Positions 38,892 through 48,464 are shown, numbered from the stretch's first letter. The stretch is 64,000 nt of DNA from a virus (IMGVR_UViG_3300028634_000502:1-64000), one strand, 5' to 3'. Numbers and translations are program-made. Notes: generated by a model not told the origin, from the sequence alone.

Positions 38892-39767
38892 ATGACTATG
38901 AAGAATAATCCGTATCTTTGCGGTGGCACCTTTTTTGTTCTTTTATTACAAGCAAAAAGGTTAAGACGCAAAGCACGAGATAAATTTCAAGGCGGCACAG
39001 ATGGCCTTAATGATACAGATGTCATGAAGGGCCTTATTTATGTAGTCACAGGACAAGCTGTAGACCCATACAACGATTCATTTAAGAAGAACACCTCAGA
39101 ATATAAGTCCTGTAAATACAATGGCGGTACATACATTCCATTCAATGAAGTTTCCACAATTAATAGCTTTGATAATGCTGTAAAAAACAAATACTCCGAC
39201 ACCCTGGATAGAATGTCGGAGTTCGCAAACGACTATTTGATTGTTGAGAATTCAGAAAAAAGAGAATGGCTTATAAAGGCTTTGCTCGATGTCATTGAGC
39301 AAGATGTGGAAATCAAAGATGGCGATTTATTTTATATTTCCAGCAATGGTGATGCCGTTTCAAGGTCTGCACTATCCGAGATTTCAAACATTGAATTTGA
39401 ACCGTTCCTTGTAGGAGTACTACACTATATCTTATTGAACCGTAAAAACAATGCACTTGGTCGCAGCACATTTGAGTCCTGGCACACCAGGCAATCACCT
39501 CATTCAGAATGGGATTTTGTCAGTGATATTGGCTGCGGGATTACACGCCCGATAACAGTATTCCTAATGGCTGTTAAAAAAGAGGATTATGCTGATTTTG
39601 AAGAAACAAATGCAGAAGAAGCACCAGAACCGGAAGTAATAATAGAAGATGCTTCAGCTGGATCATCAACACAGAACGTAACGCAGATAGTGAATAACCC
39701 CACAATTGTAAATCAGTACGGAGAAAAGAATATTCACATAGATCGGGTAGACACTTTAAATCTTTAA
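38892..39767 (+). CDS. Hypothetical protein, divergent from sigma gene, with C-terminal N/Q-rich motif
   Basis: ORF with RBS; acidic linker then NPTIVNQYGEKNIHIDRVDTLNL. Confidence 0.85.
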   Translation: MTMKNNPYLCGGTFFVLLLQAKRLRRKARDKFQGGTDGLNDTDVMKGLIYVVTGQAVDPYNDSFKKNTSEYKSCKYNGGTYIPFNEVSTINSFDNAVKNKYSDTLDRMSEFANDYLIVENSEKREWLIKALLDVIEQDVEIKDGDLFYISSNGDAVSRSALSEISNIEFEPFLVGVLHYILLNRKNNALGRSTFESWHTRQSPHSEWDFVSDIGCGITRPITVFLMAVKKEDYADFEETNAEEAPEPEVIIEDASAGSSTQNVTQIVNNPTIVNQYGEKNIHIDRVDTLNL

Positions 39768-39782
39768 AAGGAGGTGCAATAA

Positions 39783-40424
39783 TTGAAAAATGAACTACAA
39801 CAGGCACCTTCAAGCATTGTGCCTGCTAATCCTACTACTGTTAATCAATATGGTGAGAAGAACGTCCACATAGAACACGCTGATAATATCCATCAGACAG
39901 TTAACTATAATTTAACATTCATAGATCGAAGTCCTAATGGAAGAAGAGAAAATGTCACCCAAAAGATAAATACAGACTACTACAACCTATTCGTTATAAG
40001 CGGCGAAACTTTTATGCATGATCATTTTCTTGTTCCAAAAGACCGTGCCTTAGTCAAGGGAACCATATCCGATGACTTATTTGAAAGATTGGCTGCTCTT
40101 ACACCGGAAGCTATAGAGGAAATAAAGACATTTCCTGCACTATTTGCAAGTGAAAATACGGATTATTGGGGAAAGACAGACCCTGAACAGCAAACCATAT
40201 ATGGACTTGTAAGAGAAATAAGAACCCAAGATAACGGAATCATGATTTATTACAAAGATTTAAGTTTCATACCACAACAAAAAATTAATGAGATTTCTTT
40301 CGAACTCGGAATGGGTCAATCAAGGGCCATAACTTCTTTAAATACAACCCGATGGACAATAAAGAAAATTAATCTCATTGAAGCATTAACCGATGCCGGA
40401 ATCAGCGTTCTGGCACCAACTTAA
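39783..40424 (+). CDS. Hypothetical protein with the same motif at its N-terminus
   Basis: AAGGAGG + TTG; NPTTVNQYGEKNVHIEH; globular domain YYNLFV..FPALFASE..LNTTRWTIKKINL. Confidence 0.85.
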   Translation: MKNELQQAPSSIVPANPTTVNQYGEKNVHIEHADNIHQTVNYNLTFIDRSPNGRRENVTQKINTDYYNLFVISGETFMHDHFLVPKDRALVKGTISDDLFERLAALTPEAIEEIKTFPALFASENTDYWGKTDPEQQTIYGLVREIRTQDNGIMIYYKDLSFIPQQKINEISFELGMGQSRAITSLNTTRWTIKKINLIEALTDAGISVLAPT

Positions 40425-40446
40425 TTAAAGAAAAGGAGGCGGTACA

Positions 40447-42732
40447 ATGCAACCTAAAGTACCTTCTGAAATCACACAGATTTCTCTTAATGATGCCACC
40501 TATAAAGACTGTGGTGTTTCCATTCAACCTACTCTTGTGAATTTTTTCTTTGGAAATAATGGCACGGGGAAATCTACTATAGCAAAAGCTATAAAAGCCG
40601 ATACCGGCACAACCTGGAGAACAGGAAAGTTATCTACAGATTACAACATCCACGTATACAACCAGGACTTCATTAACGCCAATTTGCAGAATTATCACAA
40701 TATGCCTGGGGTTTTTACTGTAAATGAAGTTAATATTGAAATTCAAAAACAGATTGAAGATAAAACCACAGAAAAAGAAACGGCGTCTACAGCTTTAGGT
40801 ATTGCAACTGAGGAAAAAAAGAAAAAAGAAGGAGCCAATACTGCCTTGTTTTCTATCTTCCAAGATGAATGTTGGGAGAAAACAAAAGACCTCCGTGAGA
40901 CATTTGACGGAACCCAAACAGGCAAGAAAAGAAAACAGCAGTTTGCAGAGGCTATCCTTGAGATAAAAACTCCAAAAGAACATGACCGAGCAGCTTTGAA
41001 AAGATTATATGATGCTGCTTATGCCTCCGATTCCAAAAAATATGATGAGTTTAAAACAATAGCTGATACTTCTGTTCTTGATAAGCTTGGTGGAATCGAT
41101 ATTCTTGGCAAATCTATTGTAAGTAGTGCAACTACTCCATTTGCTGAATTCATCAAGGCATTAAATGCAACTGCCTGGGTTCGTCAAGGTCATGAACAAT
41201 ACCGCGAAACTCCCGATAGTAAATGCCCATACTGTCAGCAGAAACTTCCTGAGAAGTTTGAGGATGATATAAAAGCCTGTTTTGATGCTCAGTACCAGAA
41301 TGATATTATTGCACTTAAGGATTTCTATGACACATATAAGCAAAAGGCAAATGAAATATTTGCTCCGCTACAGTCAGTTCCGCAAGACCTTTATCCTGAA
41401 ATCGAAATTATGCCGTACAATGATAAACTTGCGGCTTTAAAAGGTATCATCTCCTCAAATCTTCAGCAAATCTCGGCTAAAATTGCTGATCCTTCCATTA
41501 TTATTAGCATTGATGATACCGAACCTACACTTAAAGAACTTAATGACATAATAAATGGATTCAATAAATTAATCAGTGAAAATAACGCTGTCATTGCCGC
41601 CAAACCAAAGAAACAGGCTGAATGTAAGATAAGTGTATGGGAGTTACTAGCTTTTACTGTTAAAGACGAAGTTAATCGCTATAACACAAGCAAAACAGCA
41701 TTGGAAAAAGAAATAACTACTTTTTCAACACAGATTACTACTAACAAAAGTACTGTTCAGCGTATTACTGGTGAGATTTCAGATCTCAATAGACAAATAG
41801 TAAGTACTAAAGCAACCATTGACAGTGTGAATACTCTTTTGCGTGATTCCGGGTTTCAAGGGTTTAGTATAAGAGAAAAATTTGACACACCTAATGTATA
41901 TGAGGTTATTCGACCCAATGGAAGTATTGCTGAAAATTTGAGCGAGGGAGAACGTAATTTTATAGCCTTCCTATATTTCTATCACCTTGTTCGAGGTAGC
42001 GAAACTGCCGACGGGGGTCTTAGAGATAAAATTGTAGTCATTGACGACCCTGTTTCCAGTATGGATAGCAGCTCCCTGTTTATTGTGAGTGCTCTTGTTC
42101 GTGAAATGATAGATATTTGCCATAACAATGCTGAAGAAAGAGTGCCTATTGTACAAGGTAACTTTATAAAGCAAATTTTCATTCTGACTCACAATGCCTA
42201 TTTTCATAGGGAGATTACATACAATCAAGTAAAGCACTATCAATATGTAAACTTTTATCTCATCTGTAAAGTAGACAATAAATCATCTATTAGACTGTGC
42301 GAAAGGCAGAACCCGGACATCCCAACAGAAAAGATAAATGTTAATCCCGTTCAAAATTCTTATGCTGCATTGTGGGACGAGTATAAGGAGGTAACATCAG
42401 CCATACCATTGATGAATGTTATCCGCCGCATCCTGGAATATTACTTTTTGCAGTTATGCGGATATGATGGTGCAATACTCCGCAAACGCATCTTAATGGA
42501 TCACAAAGATAACTTCATAACTCACAAGGAAGATGGCAGCGAAGATACTACTCAATATCAAATGGCATCTGCAATGCTTTCTTATATTAGTGCAAATTCT
42601 ATTGGTATTAATGATGGAATGAACTATGTAGATGACTGCATCGATGTAGTGCAGAGCCGAGAAACATTTGAGATGATATTTACATTTATGAATCAAGAAC
42701 AGCATTACAAAATGATGATGGGCATCAAATAG
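40447..42732 (+). CDS. RloC-like AAA_13 ABC ATPase with zinc hook
   Basis: GNNGTGKS, YNQDF, CPYC, LSEGE, IDDPVSSMD, LTHN, NVIRRILEYYF. Confidence 0.88.
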   Translation: MQPKVPSEITQISLNDATYKDCGVSIQPTLVNFFFGNNGTGKSTIAKAIKADTGTTWRTGKLSTDYNIHVYNQDFINANLQNYHNMPGVFTVNEVNIEIQKQIEDKTTEKETASTALGIATEEKKKKEGANTALFSIFQDECWEKTKDLRETFDGTQTGKKRKQQFAEAILEIKTPKEHDRAALKRLYDAAYASDSKKYDEFKTIADTSVLDKLGGIDILGKSIVSSATTPFAEFIKALNATAWVRQGHEQYRETPDSKCPYCQQKLPEKFEDDIKACFDAQYQNDIIALKDFYDTYKQKANEIFAPLQSVPQDLYPEIEIMPYNDKLAALKGIISSNLQQISAKIADPSIIISIDDTEPTLKELNDIINGFNKLISENNAVIAAKPKKQAECKISVWELLAFTVKDEVNRYNTSKTALEKEITTFSTQITTNKSTVQRITGEISDLNRQIVSTKATIDSVNTLLRDSGFQGFSIREKFDTPNVYEVIRPNGSIAENLSEGERNFIAFLYFYHLVRGSETADGGLRDKIVVIDDPVSSMDSSSLFIVSALVREMIDICHNNAEERVPIVQGNFIKQIFILTHNAYFHREITYNQVKHYQYVNFYLICKVDNKSSIRLCERQNPDIPTEKINVNPVQNSYAALWDEYKEVTSAIPLMNVIRRILEYYFLQLCGYDGAILRKRILMDHKDNFITHKEDGSEDTTQYQMASAMLSYISANSIGINDGMNYVDDCIDVVQSRETFEMIFTFMNQEQHYKMMMGIK

Positions 42733-42758
42733 ATTTTCTAAAGACTGGAGGTTACAAA

Positions 42759-42962
42759 ATGCGTATCAGCTATAATAAGCTATGGAAGATGCTAATCGAC
42801 AAAAACATGAATAAGCAGGATTTAAAAGAATTAAGTGGCGTAAGTGCCGCCTCCATTGCCAAGTTAGGGAAAGGCGAAAATATCACTACCGATGTCCTTC
42901 TTAAAATTTGTGAGGCCATGGATTGTCGCCTGGAAGATATTTTAGAAACTATTGACGATTAA
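42759..42962 (+). CDS. Xre/Cro HTH regulator
   Basis: SYNKLWKMLID..IAKLGKGENIT..KIC. Confidence 0.9.
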   Translation: MRISYNKLWKMLIDKNMNKQDLKELSGVSAASIAKLGKGENITTDVLLKICEAMDCRLEDILETIDD

Positions 42963-42982
42963 ACACTAAGGGGAATATTTAA

Positions 42983-43945
42983 ATGGCAATTAAAACTTTT
43001 TTTGACTTCTGCTCCGGAATTGGGGGTGGCAGAATCGGTCTTGAGCAAAACGGGCTAGAATGTGTAGGCCACTCCGACACCAGCAGGTTAGCAGATACAA
43101 CATATCGATTAATGAACGATAACGAAGATAAAAACTATGGCAACCTTAAAAAATTATCAAAAGAGAAACTACCAGATTTTGATGTTCTTATTGCTGGGTT
43201 TCCATGTCAATCTTTTTCGGTTATAGGCAGAAAAGATGGTTTTTCAGATAATCGTGGTCAAATAATCTTTCATCTGTCTAGGATTATAAATGAAACAAAA
43301 CCGAAATGTTTCATTCTTGAAAATGTAAAAGGGCTTGTAACTCATGACAAGAAAAAAACCATCAAGGTTATTATGGACGAATTAACCGGATGCGGCTATC
43401 TTGTAGATTTTAAAGTTCTAACGAGTCTCGACTATGGCGTCCCCCAAATGAGGCAAAGGGTATATTTCGTTGGTTTTAGAAATGATTTACCGATAGATAT
43501 TACTGAATTTGAGTGGCCAGAAACTGTTCCTATGCCAGATTTAAAAAATTACTTAATTGATGAAAACTTAGCTTCTGAAGAACGATTAGAAATTCTTCAA
43601 TACTACCTCAATAATCCTACAAATCAAGGAAAGTACACAGTATCCGACATAAGTCAAATGGAAGGAAAAATCATCGATACTCGTATGAATGACCTTCGAA
43701 TTTATGATGGGAAATGCCCGACTCTGCGTGCTCAACGTGATGGGATTTTATATGTTAAAAATAAAAAAATATATCAATTAACAGGCTATGAAGCTCTTTT
43801 ACTGCAGGGATTTCCAAAAGAACATGCTGAAAGAGTTAAAGACGTTGTTTCCGACCGTCACCTTCTTATGCAAGCAGGAAATGCGATGACAGTGGATGTC
43901 ATTAGGGCGTTAGGATTCAGTATAAAGAAATTTTTAGATTGTTAA
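42983..43945 (+). CDS. C5 DNA methyltransferase resembling Helicobacter M.Hpy99III (GCGC)
   Basis: DFCSGIGGGR, GFPCQ, ENVKG, DTRMNDLRIY..PTLR, QAGNAM; similarity from memory. Confidence 0.85.
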   Translation: MAIKTFFDFCSGIGGGRIGLEQNGLECVGHSDTSRLADTTYRLMNDNEDKNYGNLKKLSKEKLPDFDVLIAGFPCQSFSVIGRKDGFSDNRGQIIFHLSRIINETKPKCFILENVKGLVTHDKKKTIKVIMDELTGCGYLVDFKVLTSLDYGVPQMRQRVYFVGFRNDLPIDITEFEWPETVPMPDLKNYLIDENLASEERLEILQYYLNNPTNQGKYTVSDISQMEGKIIDTRMNDLRIYDGKCPTLRAQRDGILYVKNKKIYQLTGYEALLLQGFPKEHAERVKDVVSDRHLLMQAGNAMTVDVIRALGFSIKKFLDC

Positions 43946-43967
43946 TAAAGGGGGGTGTTTATGACAT

Positions 43968-44522
43968 ATGAGCTATTCATATAACGATTATGTGGGAGCT
44001 TTCTCAGATTCCTTCAAAAGAGTAAAGGTCGAACAAGATTATGCTAACCGCATTTCTGAGTTTGTTAAAGAACTAATAGCAGCAAAAGCAGTAGAGGAAC
44101 ATCATCAAAGGGATAATTTAAATGAAATCAAAAGATTTACAACCGGGTATTTAGGCGAAGCTGCTCTTGAAAAACTATTAGGAATCCAAATTATTGACTG
44201 GACAATAGGATATTCAGGATTGTATCACCATCCAGATATTCCTGGCTATTCTGTAGGAATAAAAACAGTTGAACAAGGTAAGTTTCCTATTATTTTTAAA
44301 GAAAACTATTATCCACAAATTATCTGCATTCGAAGTTCGAAAATACCAAATCTTATCTTTGTTTGTGGACTTGCCACTAAAGACGTTCTTAATACATATC
44401 AGGATACGAACTTGATTTTAGATAGTAATCTGAGAGCACGAGGAACCAAAACAGGATTTTATGGTTTTCAACATTTGAAACCATTTACATCACTAAATGA
44501 TATTGAAAAATATAAAAAATAA
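43968..44522 (+). CDS. Hypothetical protein, possible PD-(D/E)XK-like nuclease
   Basis: GYLGEAA..HPDI..VGIKT between MTase and REase. Confidence 0.55.
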   Translation: MSYSYNDYVGAFSDSFKRVKVEQDYANRISEFVKELIAAKAVEEHHQRDNLNEIKRFTTGYLGEAALEKLLGIQIIDWTIGYSGLYHHPDIPGYSVGIKTVEQGKFPIIFKENYYPQIICIRSSKIPNLIFVCGLATKDVLNTYQDTNLILDSNLRARGTKTGFYGFQHLKPFTSLNDIEKYKK

Positions 44523-44540
44523 AATAGGAGGAACATATTT

Positions 44541-45326
44541 ATGGCTGTATGGGAAGATTTTGAAATAGAATGCACTGAATATTTAAATAAAACTTTTGGG
44601 AAGTACGCAAATTTCGTTCATCAAGGAGGTTCGGACTCAACAGTCCCTGACATTCTGGTAAAAACTAATAAAGGCACATCGTTTTATATCGATGCCAAAC
44701 ATTGTCCTGCCCAATGTGGCCAGTTTGTTTTATTACCAGACATTTCAACGAATACCTTCGAATATAGCAGATTAAACTCTACCCGTATCAACGTGTATGC
44801 ACAAAAGATTATGAACCATATGAACATCTATTTCGAGGATTTCAAAGAAGCAGGTACAGGCGGAAAAGAAATTGTTTTGGATGACGGCGATGACACATTT
44901 GCAAAATGGATTATCAGTACATACAAAAGTAATGGGGTAAAATATTTTATTACCAATGATTATGTAATTTTGCCGGTAGATGATTTCCAAAGGCATTTTA
45001 ACGTGTCCGCAAAATACCGTATAAAAAGAAGTGGATCAAGTAACACTGGCAGAGCACGCATTGTAGAAATAATTAACTACATTCGTTCTCATGGCTATGC
45101 AATATCGGATACTCGTACCGTTGGCGATAAGCTGTTTGTAAGATCACAAGTAGCTCTTCATAATAAACGATTTATTTATCAGGGTTATGAATATATGTTT
45201 TCATTAAGAGATAATGAATTTGAAATACGAAAACTTTCCAATACCTTTAATGCGAATGTTATTTTTTCAATTAATAAAAAACGAGCATCAGGGCTTACGC
45301 GGGAACAATTTGCTAAAGAACTTTAA
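44541..45326 (+). CDS. Type II restriction endonuclease, R.HhaI homologue (GCGC)
   Basis: WEDFE..YLNKT, SDST.PDI, QCGQFVL, YRIKRSGS, LSNTFNANVIFSI match remembered R.HhaI. Confidence 0.82.
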   Translation: MAVWEDFEIECTEYLNKTFGKYANFVHQGGSDSTVPDILVKTNKGTSFYIDAKHCPAQCGQFVLLPDISTNTFEYSRLNSTRINVYAQKIMNHMNIYFEDFKEAGTGGKEIVLDDGDDTFAKWIISTYKSNGVKYFITNDYVILPVDDFQRHFNVSAKYRIKRSGSSNTGRARIVEIINYIRSHGYAISDTRTVGDKLFVRSQVALHNKRFIYQGYEYMFSLRDNEFEIRKLSNTFNANVIFSINKKRASGLTREQFAKEL

Positions 45327-45330
45327 AAAT

Positions 45331-45368
45331 AAAAAATAGGGCAAGCCTAATATGACTTGCCCTATTTT
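45331..45368. terminator. Bidirectional intrinsic terminator
   Basis: AAAATAGGGCAAG..CTTGCCCTATTTT between convergent genes. Confidence 0.85.
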
Positions 45369-45658
45369 TAATGTTCTTCAAGAAATTGAATGTAGGTACG
45401 TAATGCATAACGATACACACTCAACGTATACTGCCCAATGGGCAAATTCACAGATCCATACTGTTTCATGGTATCATTAATACCCTTGTTTTCAAATGCT
45501 TTAAAAAGTGTCTCACATTTATCATTGCTATACTCTGCATCAAGGTCGCAATTTCCAATTTCACGCTGAATTGCTTTTAATCGTGAAACAATATCACTTT
45601 GAACTTTTTTGCTCTTATCAGATTTTGCAAGCCAATTTCTAAAGTCAACTTCGTTCAT
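45368..45658 (-). CDS. Small helical protein translationally coupled to the MTase
   Basis: TAATG overlap; FRNWL..SRLK..YRYALRTYIQFL. Confidence 0.7.
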   Translation of the reverse strand: MNEVDFRNWLAKSDKSKKVQSDIVSRLKAIQREIGNCDLDAEYSNDKCETLFKAFENKGINDTMKQYGSVNLPIGQYTLSVYRYALRTYIQFLEEH

Positions 45659-46641
45659 TACTTTTCCTCCATTGCTTTTCCAATTTGCTGTGCAATAAGT
45701 TGCAAAACATCAATTACAACGGAGTTTCCAAACTGCTTGTATGCTTGGTTCATGCTATTGCATATCTTATAGCTATCAGGATATCCCATTAATCTTGCAC
45801 ACTCTCTCGGATGCAATTTTCTTGCTTTACCATTAATTAAATACCCTCCTGTTTTAGCAAATATACCACCACCGTTTGCTGATAGAGTTATTGCAATACC
45901 TTTTGTACTGTAAATCCTTTCTCCCTGTCCGCCTTTGTTTACTATGCCAAGCCTGATAGATGTTTTGTTGCTATATTTGTCGTCTTTATTCCCATTATAA
46001 TATGTATCGGGTCTATCCACATATAAATCTTTGACTAATTCTTCATCTTCCAACAAGAAATTTTCAACATGCTTAGTAAGCTTGAATGGTTTTGGAAATT
46101 CAAACCCATTAACATTCAAGTCATTTCTAAAACAAATCATATAAATTCTTTCTCTTTTCTGCGGCACTCCGTAATCAACCGCATTTAAAACTTTTTGAGT
46201 AAAGGTATATCCCAGTTCTTCCATTGTCGCTTTAACGACTTCAAGTGTACGGCCATCATCATGTGTTGCGAAATTTTTCACATTTTCCATAAATACTATT
46301 TTTGGTTTTTTTGCTTTAACTATTCTTGAAACATCAAAAAACAGAGTTCCCCGGCTATCTTCAAACCCACGTTGCTTGCCGCTTATCGAGAATGCTTGGC
46401 ATGGGAATCCAGCACATAAAATATCATGAGATGGAATGGTATTTTCATCTACTTTGGTAATGTCACCCTCTGGCATGTCCCCAAAATTATCCTCATAAAC
46501 TTTTTGCACGTGCTCATCCCATTCATTAGAATAAACACACTTTGCTCCAAGTGACTCTAATGCAATTCTAAATCCTCCTAAGCCTGCAAAAAGATCTATA
46601 AACGTATAACCCTTTAAATATTGTTTTTCTACTTCAATCAT
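45658..46641 (-). CDS. C5 DNA methyltransferase, M.HhaI homologue (GCGC)
   Basis: 327 aa; FIDLFAGLGGF, GFPCQAFSISGKQ, KGGQGERIYS, ITLSA.GGGIFAKTGGY as in M.HhaI. Confidence 0.93.
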   Translation of the reverse strand: MIEVEKQYLKGYTFIDLFAGLGGFRIALESLGAKCVYSNEWDEHVQKVYEDNFGDMPEGDITKVDENTIPSHDILCAGFPCQAFSISGKQRGFEDSRGTLFFDVSRIVKAKKPKIVFMENVKNFATHDDGRTLEVVKATMEELGYTFTQKVLNAVDYGVPQKRERIYMICFRNDLNVNGFEFPKPFKLTKHVENFLLEDEELVKDLYVDRPDTYYNGNKDDKYSNKTSIRLGIVNKGGQGERIYSTKGIAITLSANGGGIFAKTGGYLINGKARKLHPRECARLMGYPDSYKICNSMNQAYKQFGNSVVIDVLQLIAQQIGKAMEEK

Positions 46642-46676
46642 TTCTGTATGCTCCTTTTACCCGTTGATATTAATAT

Positions 46677-46705
46677 ATTATAGCGCACTGCGCTATAAAA
46701 ATCAA
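46677..46705 (-). promoter_or_regulatory. Sigma-A promoter of the HhaI-like MTase with twin GCGC sites in the spacer
   Basis: TTGATT-17 bp-TATAAT; palindrome TTATAGCGCACTGCGCTATAA. Confidence 0.8.
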
Positions 46706-46967
46706 TAGGTGCAACAGATATTCCTCATTCTAATTTATTAAATAATCTTGTTAAATCGCTCTGATTGTTACAGTAATTTTATCAACTCGCCACCTCTTTG
46801 ACAGTAATATCGTCAACTCAGTAGACAAAAAGTAATAATATCCACACAACCTTGCTTTTTTATGGCTTTAGATATGTTCTTACAATAAAAATTCCGTGAC
46901 CTGGAACCCAATTGGAATACGAGTTCAAAATCACGGAAATCCCTTTATATCAAGCACTTTTACACTT

Positions 46968-47034
46968 TTATTTATCAACCCTTGACATCAATACAACCGT
47001 CTCAACGTGCCATGAGTAGATAAAAATGATGTCT
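46968..47034 (-). other. att-like site 1 carrying a rumA/rlmD 3'-end copy (HVETVVLMSRVDK*)
   Basis: Translation of 47009-46968; AGACATCATTT 14 nt upstream. Confidence 0.8.
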
Positions 47035-47312
47035 TGAAGACCCACTTGTTCCTTGGCGGAGGGTGATTTGTCCATACATGATCGAAATCAAACTTTCTTG
47101 AAAAATGCCTTTATTCTGCTTTTCAAACTTAACTTATATCATGCCATTTTTATGACTTGAGTCGAAAATTGCGCTATGACTTTGATTGAATCCCAATTCC
47201 CTTTTGTATATTCAGCTGCACCGCTTGAGAGATACTCCATTAGTGATATATCCGTAACATTCTTCTTAAAAAAAGATCTAATCCGCAAGTTGAATATTCA
47301 AAGAGTGTTTCG

Positions 47313-48422
47313 TTAAAACGATTTATTACCTTTGCATCCAAACCATTTGCAGGGGTTCAAATACTCTCTGTACTTGCTTACTGCTTGTTTTCCTACAATA
47401 GCGACCCCAAACCACCAAACAATTTCACCCATTATAATGAATGCAGGGATTACGGCTGCTTTAAACGCAATCGATAAAGGTGCAAGAGGAGTTAACATTG
47501 CTAATCCGTAAAATACAAAGGAAAGGATAACAAGTATCAAAGCAATTCTAGTCATCATAAGACTCGGTGTCCCAGCTTTTACAACTATGCGATCTTCTTG
47601 ATGAGTTGCATCTAGGTCACCGTATAGGTATTCTTTTAACATTTTTCCGTACTTCTTCATAGTAATAGCATCTGCCAATCTTGGCATTACTGAATTTACT
47701 TTTGCGAAGAATACTGTAATTCTTCCGCCCATAATCCCTATGTTTCTTTTCTTTTCATAAGTTTTTATTAACTCATCAGCTACATTTTCAACAGGTACGA
47801 TTTTAATCCCCATTTTTTCCCACAATCTGTGGAAGGGCCGCTCAGCTTCAGTTTCTGTTGGACTTGGACAGAAATACGTTACTCGAATTTGCTTACCCTC
47901 AAGCTCCATTTCTCTATTTATTGATTCTATAAAAGAGTACACACCAGCTCTCGTCGCTACATCAACAGAATAGTACGGAAAAGCCATTCGTCCATCAGCA
48001 AATCCACCAATATGGAGTATTGTACTTCCTTTTTTATCTTTCAAATTATTTATCAACATTTTTGTAATCAGTATTGTTCCTAAAAGGTTAATATCAATTT
48101 GCTTTTGTACGTCTTCTAAGCTATGATCTTCAAGTGATTTTCTAACATCAAAACCTGTTGCATTAATTATTAAGTCAACTTCAGATGACCACTGTCTAAT
48201 TGTTTTTGACAGTTCTTCTAGCTCAATGAAATCAGTTACATTGGAGATTGCCAAATCAACATCACCATTTAAGCTATTTTTAACGTAAATGAGCTTCTCT
48301 TCGTTTCTACCAACCAACAGTAGTTTAGCACCTTTTTCTGAAAAGGATTTAGCGAAACCTGACCCCAATCCTCCGCTTGCGCCAATTATTACAACTGATT
48401 TACCTTCTAGTTTCTTCGACAT
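47313..48422 (-). CDS. Atypical SDR oxidoreductase fused to a two-TM C-terminal domain
   Basis: GASGGLG Rossmann motif; YxxxK replaced by DVATR; hydrophobic tail. Confidence 0.8.
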   Translation of the reverse strand: MSKKLEGKSVVIIGASGGLGSGFAKSFSEKGAKLLLVGRNEEKLIYVKNSLNGDVDLAISNVTDFIELEELSKTIRQWSSEVDLIINATGFDVRKSLEDHSLEDVQKQIDINLLGTILITKMLINNLKDKKGSTILHIGGFADGRMAFPYYSVDVATRAGVYSFIESINREMELEGKQIRVTYFCPSPTETEAERPFHRLWEKMGIKIVPVENVADELIKTYEKKRNIGIMGGRITVFFAKVNSVMPRLADAITMKKYGKMLKEYLYGDLDATHQEDRIVVKAGTPSLMMTRIALILVILSFVFYGLAMLTPLAPLSIAFKAAVIPAFIIMGEIVWWFGVAIVGKQAVSKYREYLNPCKWFGCKGNKSF

Positions 48423-48464
48423 TTAATACCTCCTTAACTTCAAAATCATGTTCAATTTTAACCA

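Larger units (their letters stand above)
1..47010 (-). mobile_element. Prophage element 1 (serine-recombinase siphovirus, Phi-m46.1-like); continues off the left edge
   Basis: Contiguous recombinase, replication, lysis, tail, head, packaging and regulatory genes; bounded by a rumA 3'-end att-like site at ~46968-47034. Confidence 0.9.

Noticed and set aside
47100-47300. Coding-like fragments downstream of the SDR
   Set aside because: Interrupted frames that I cannot assign to a family
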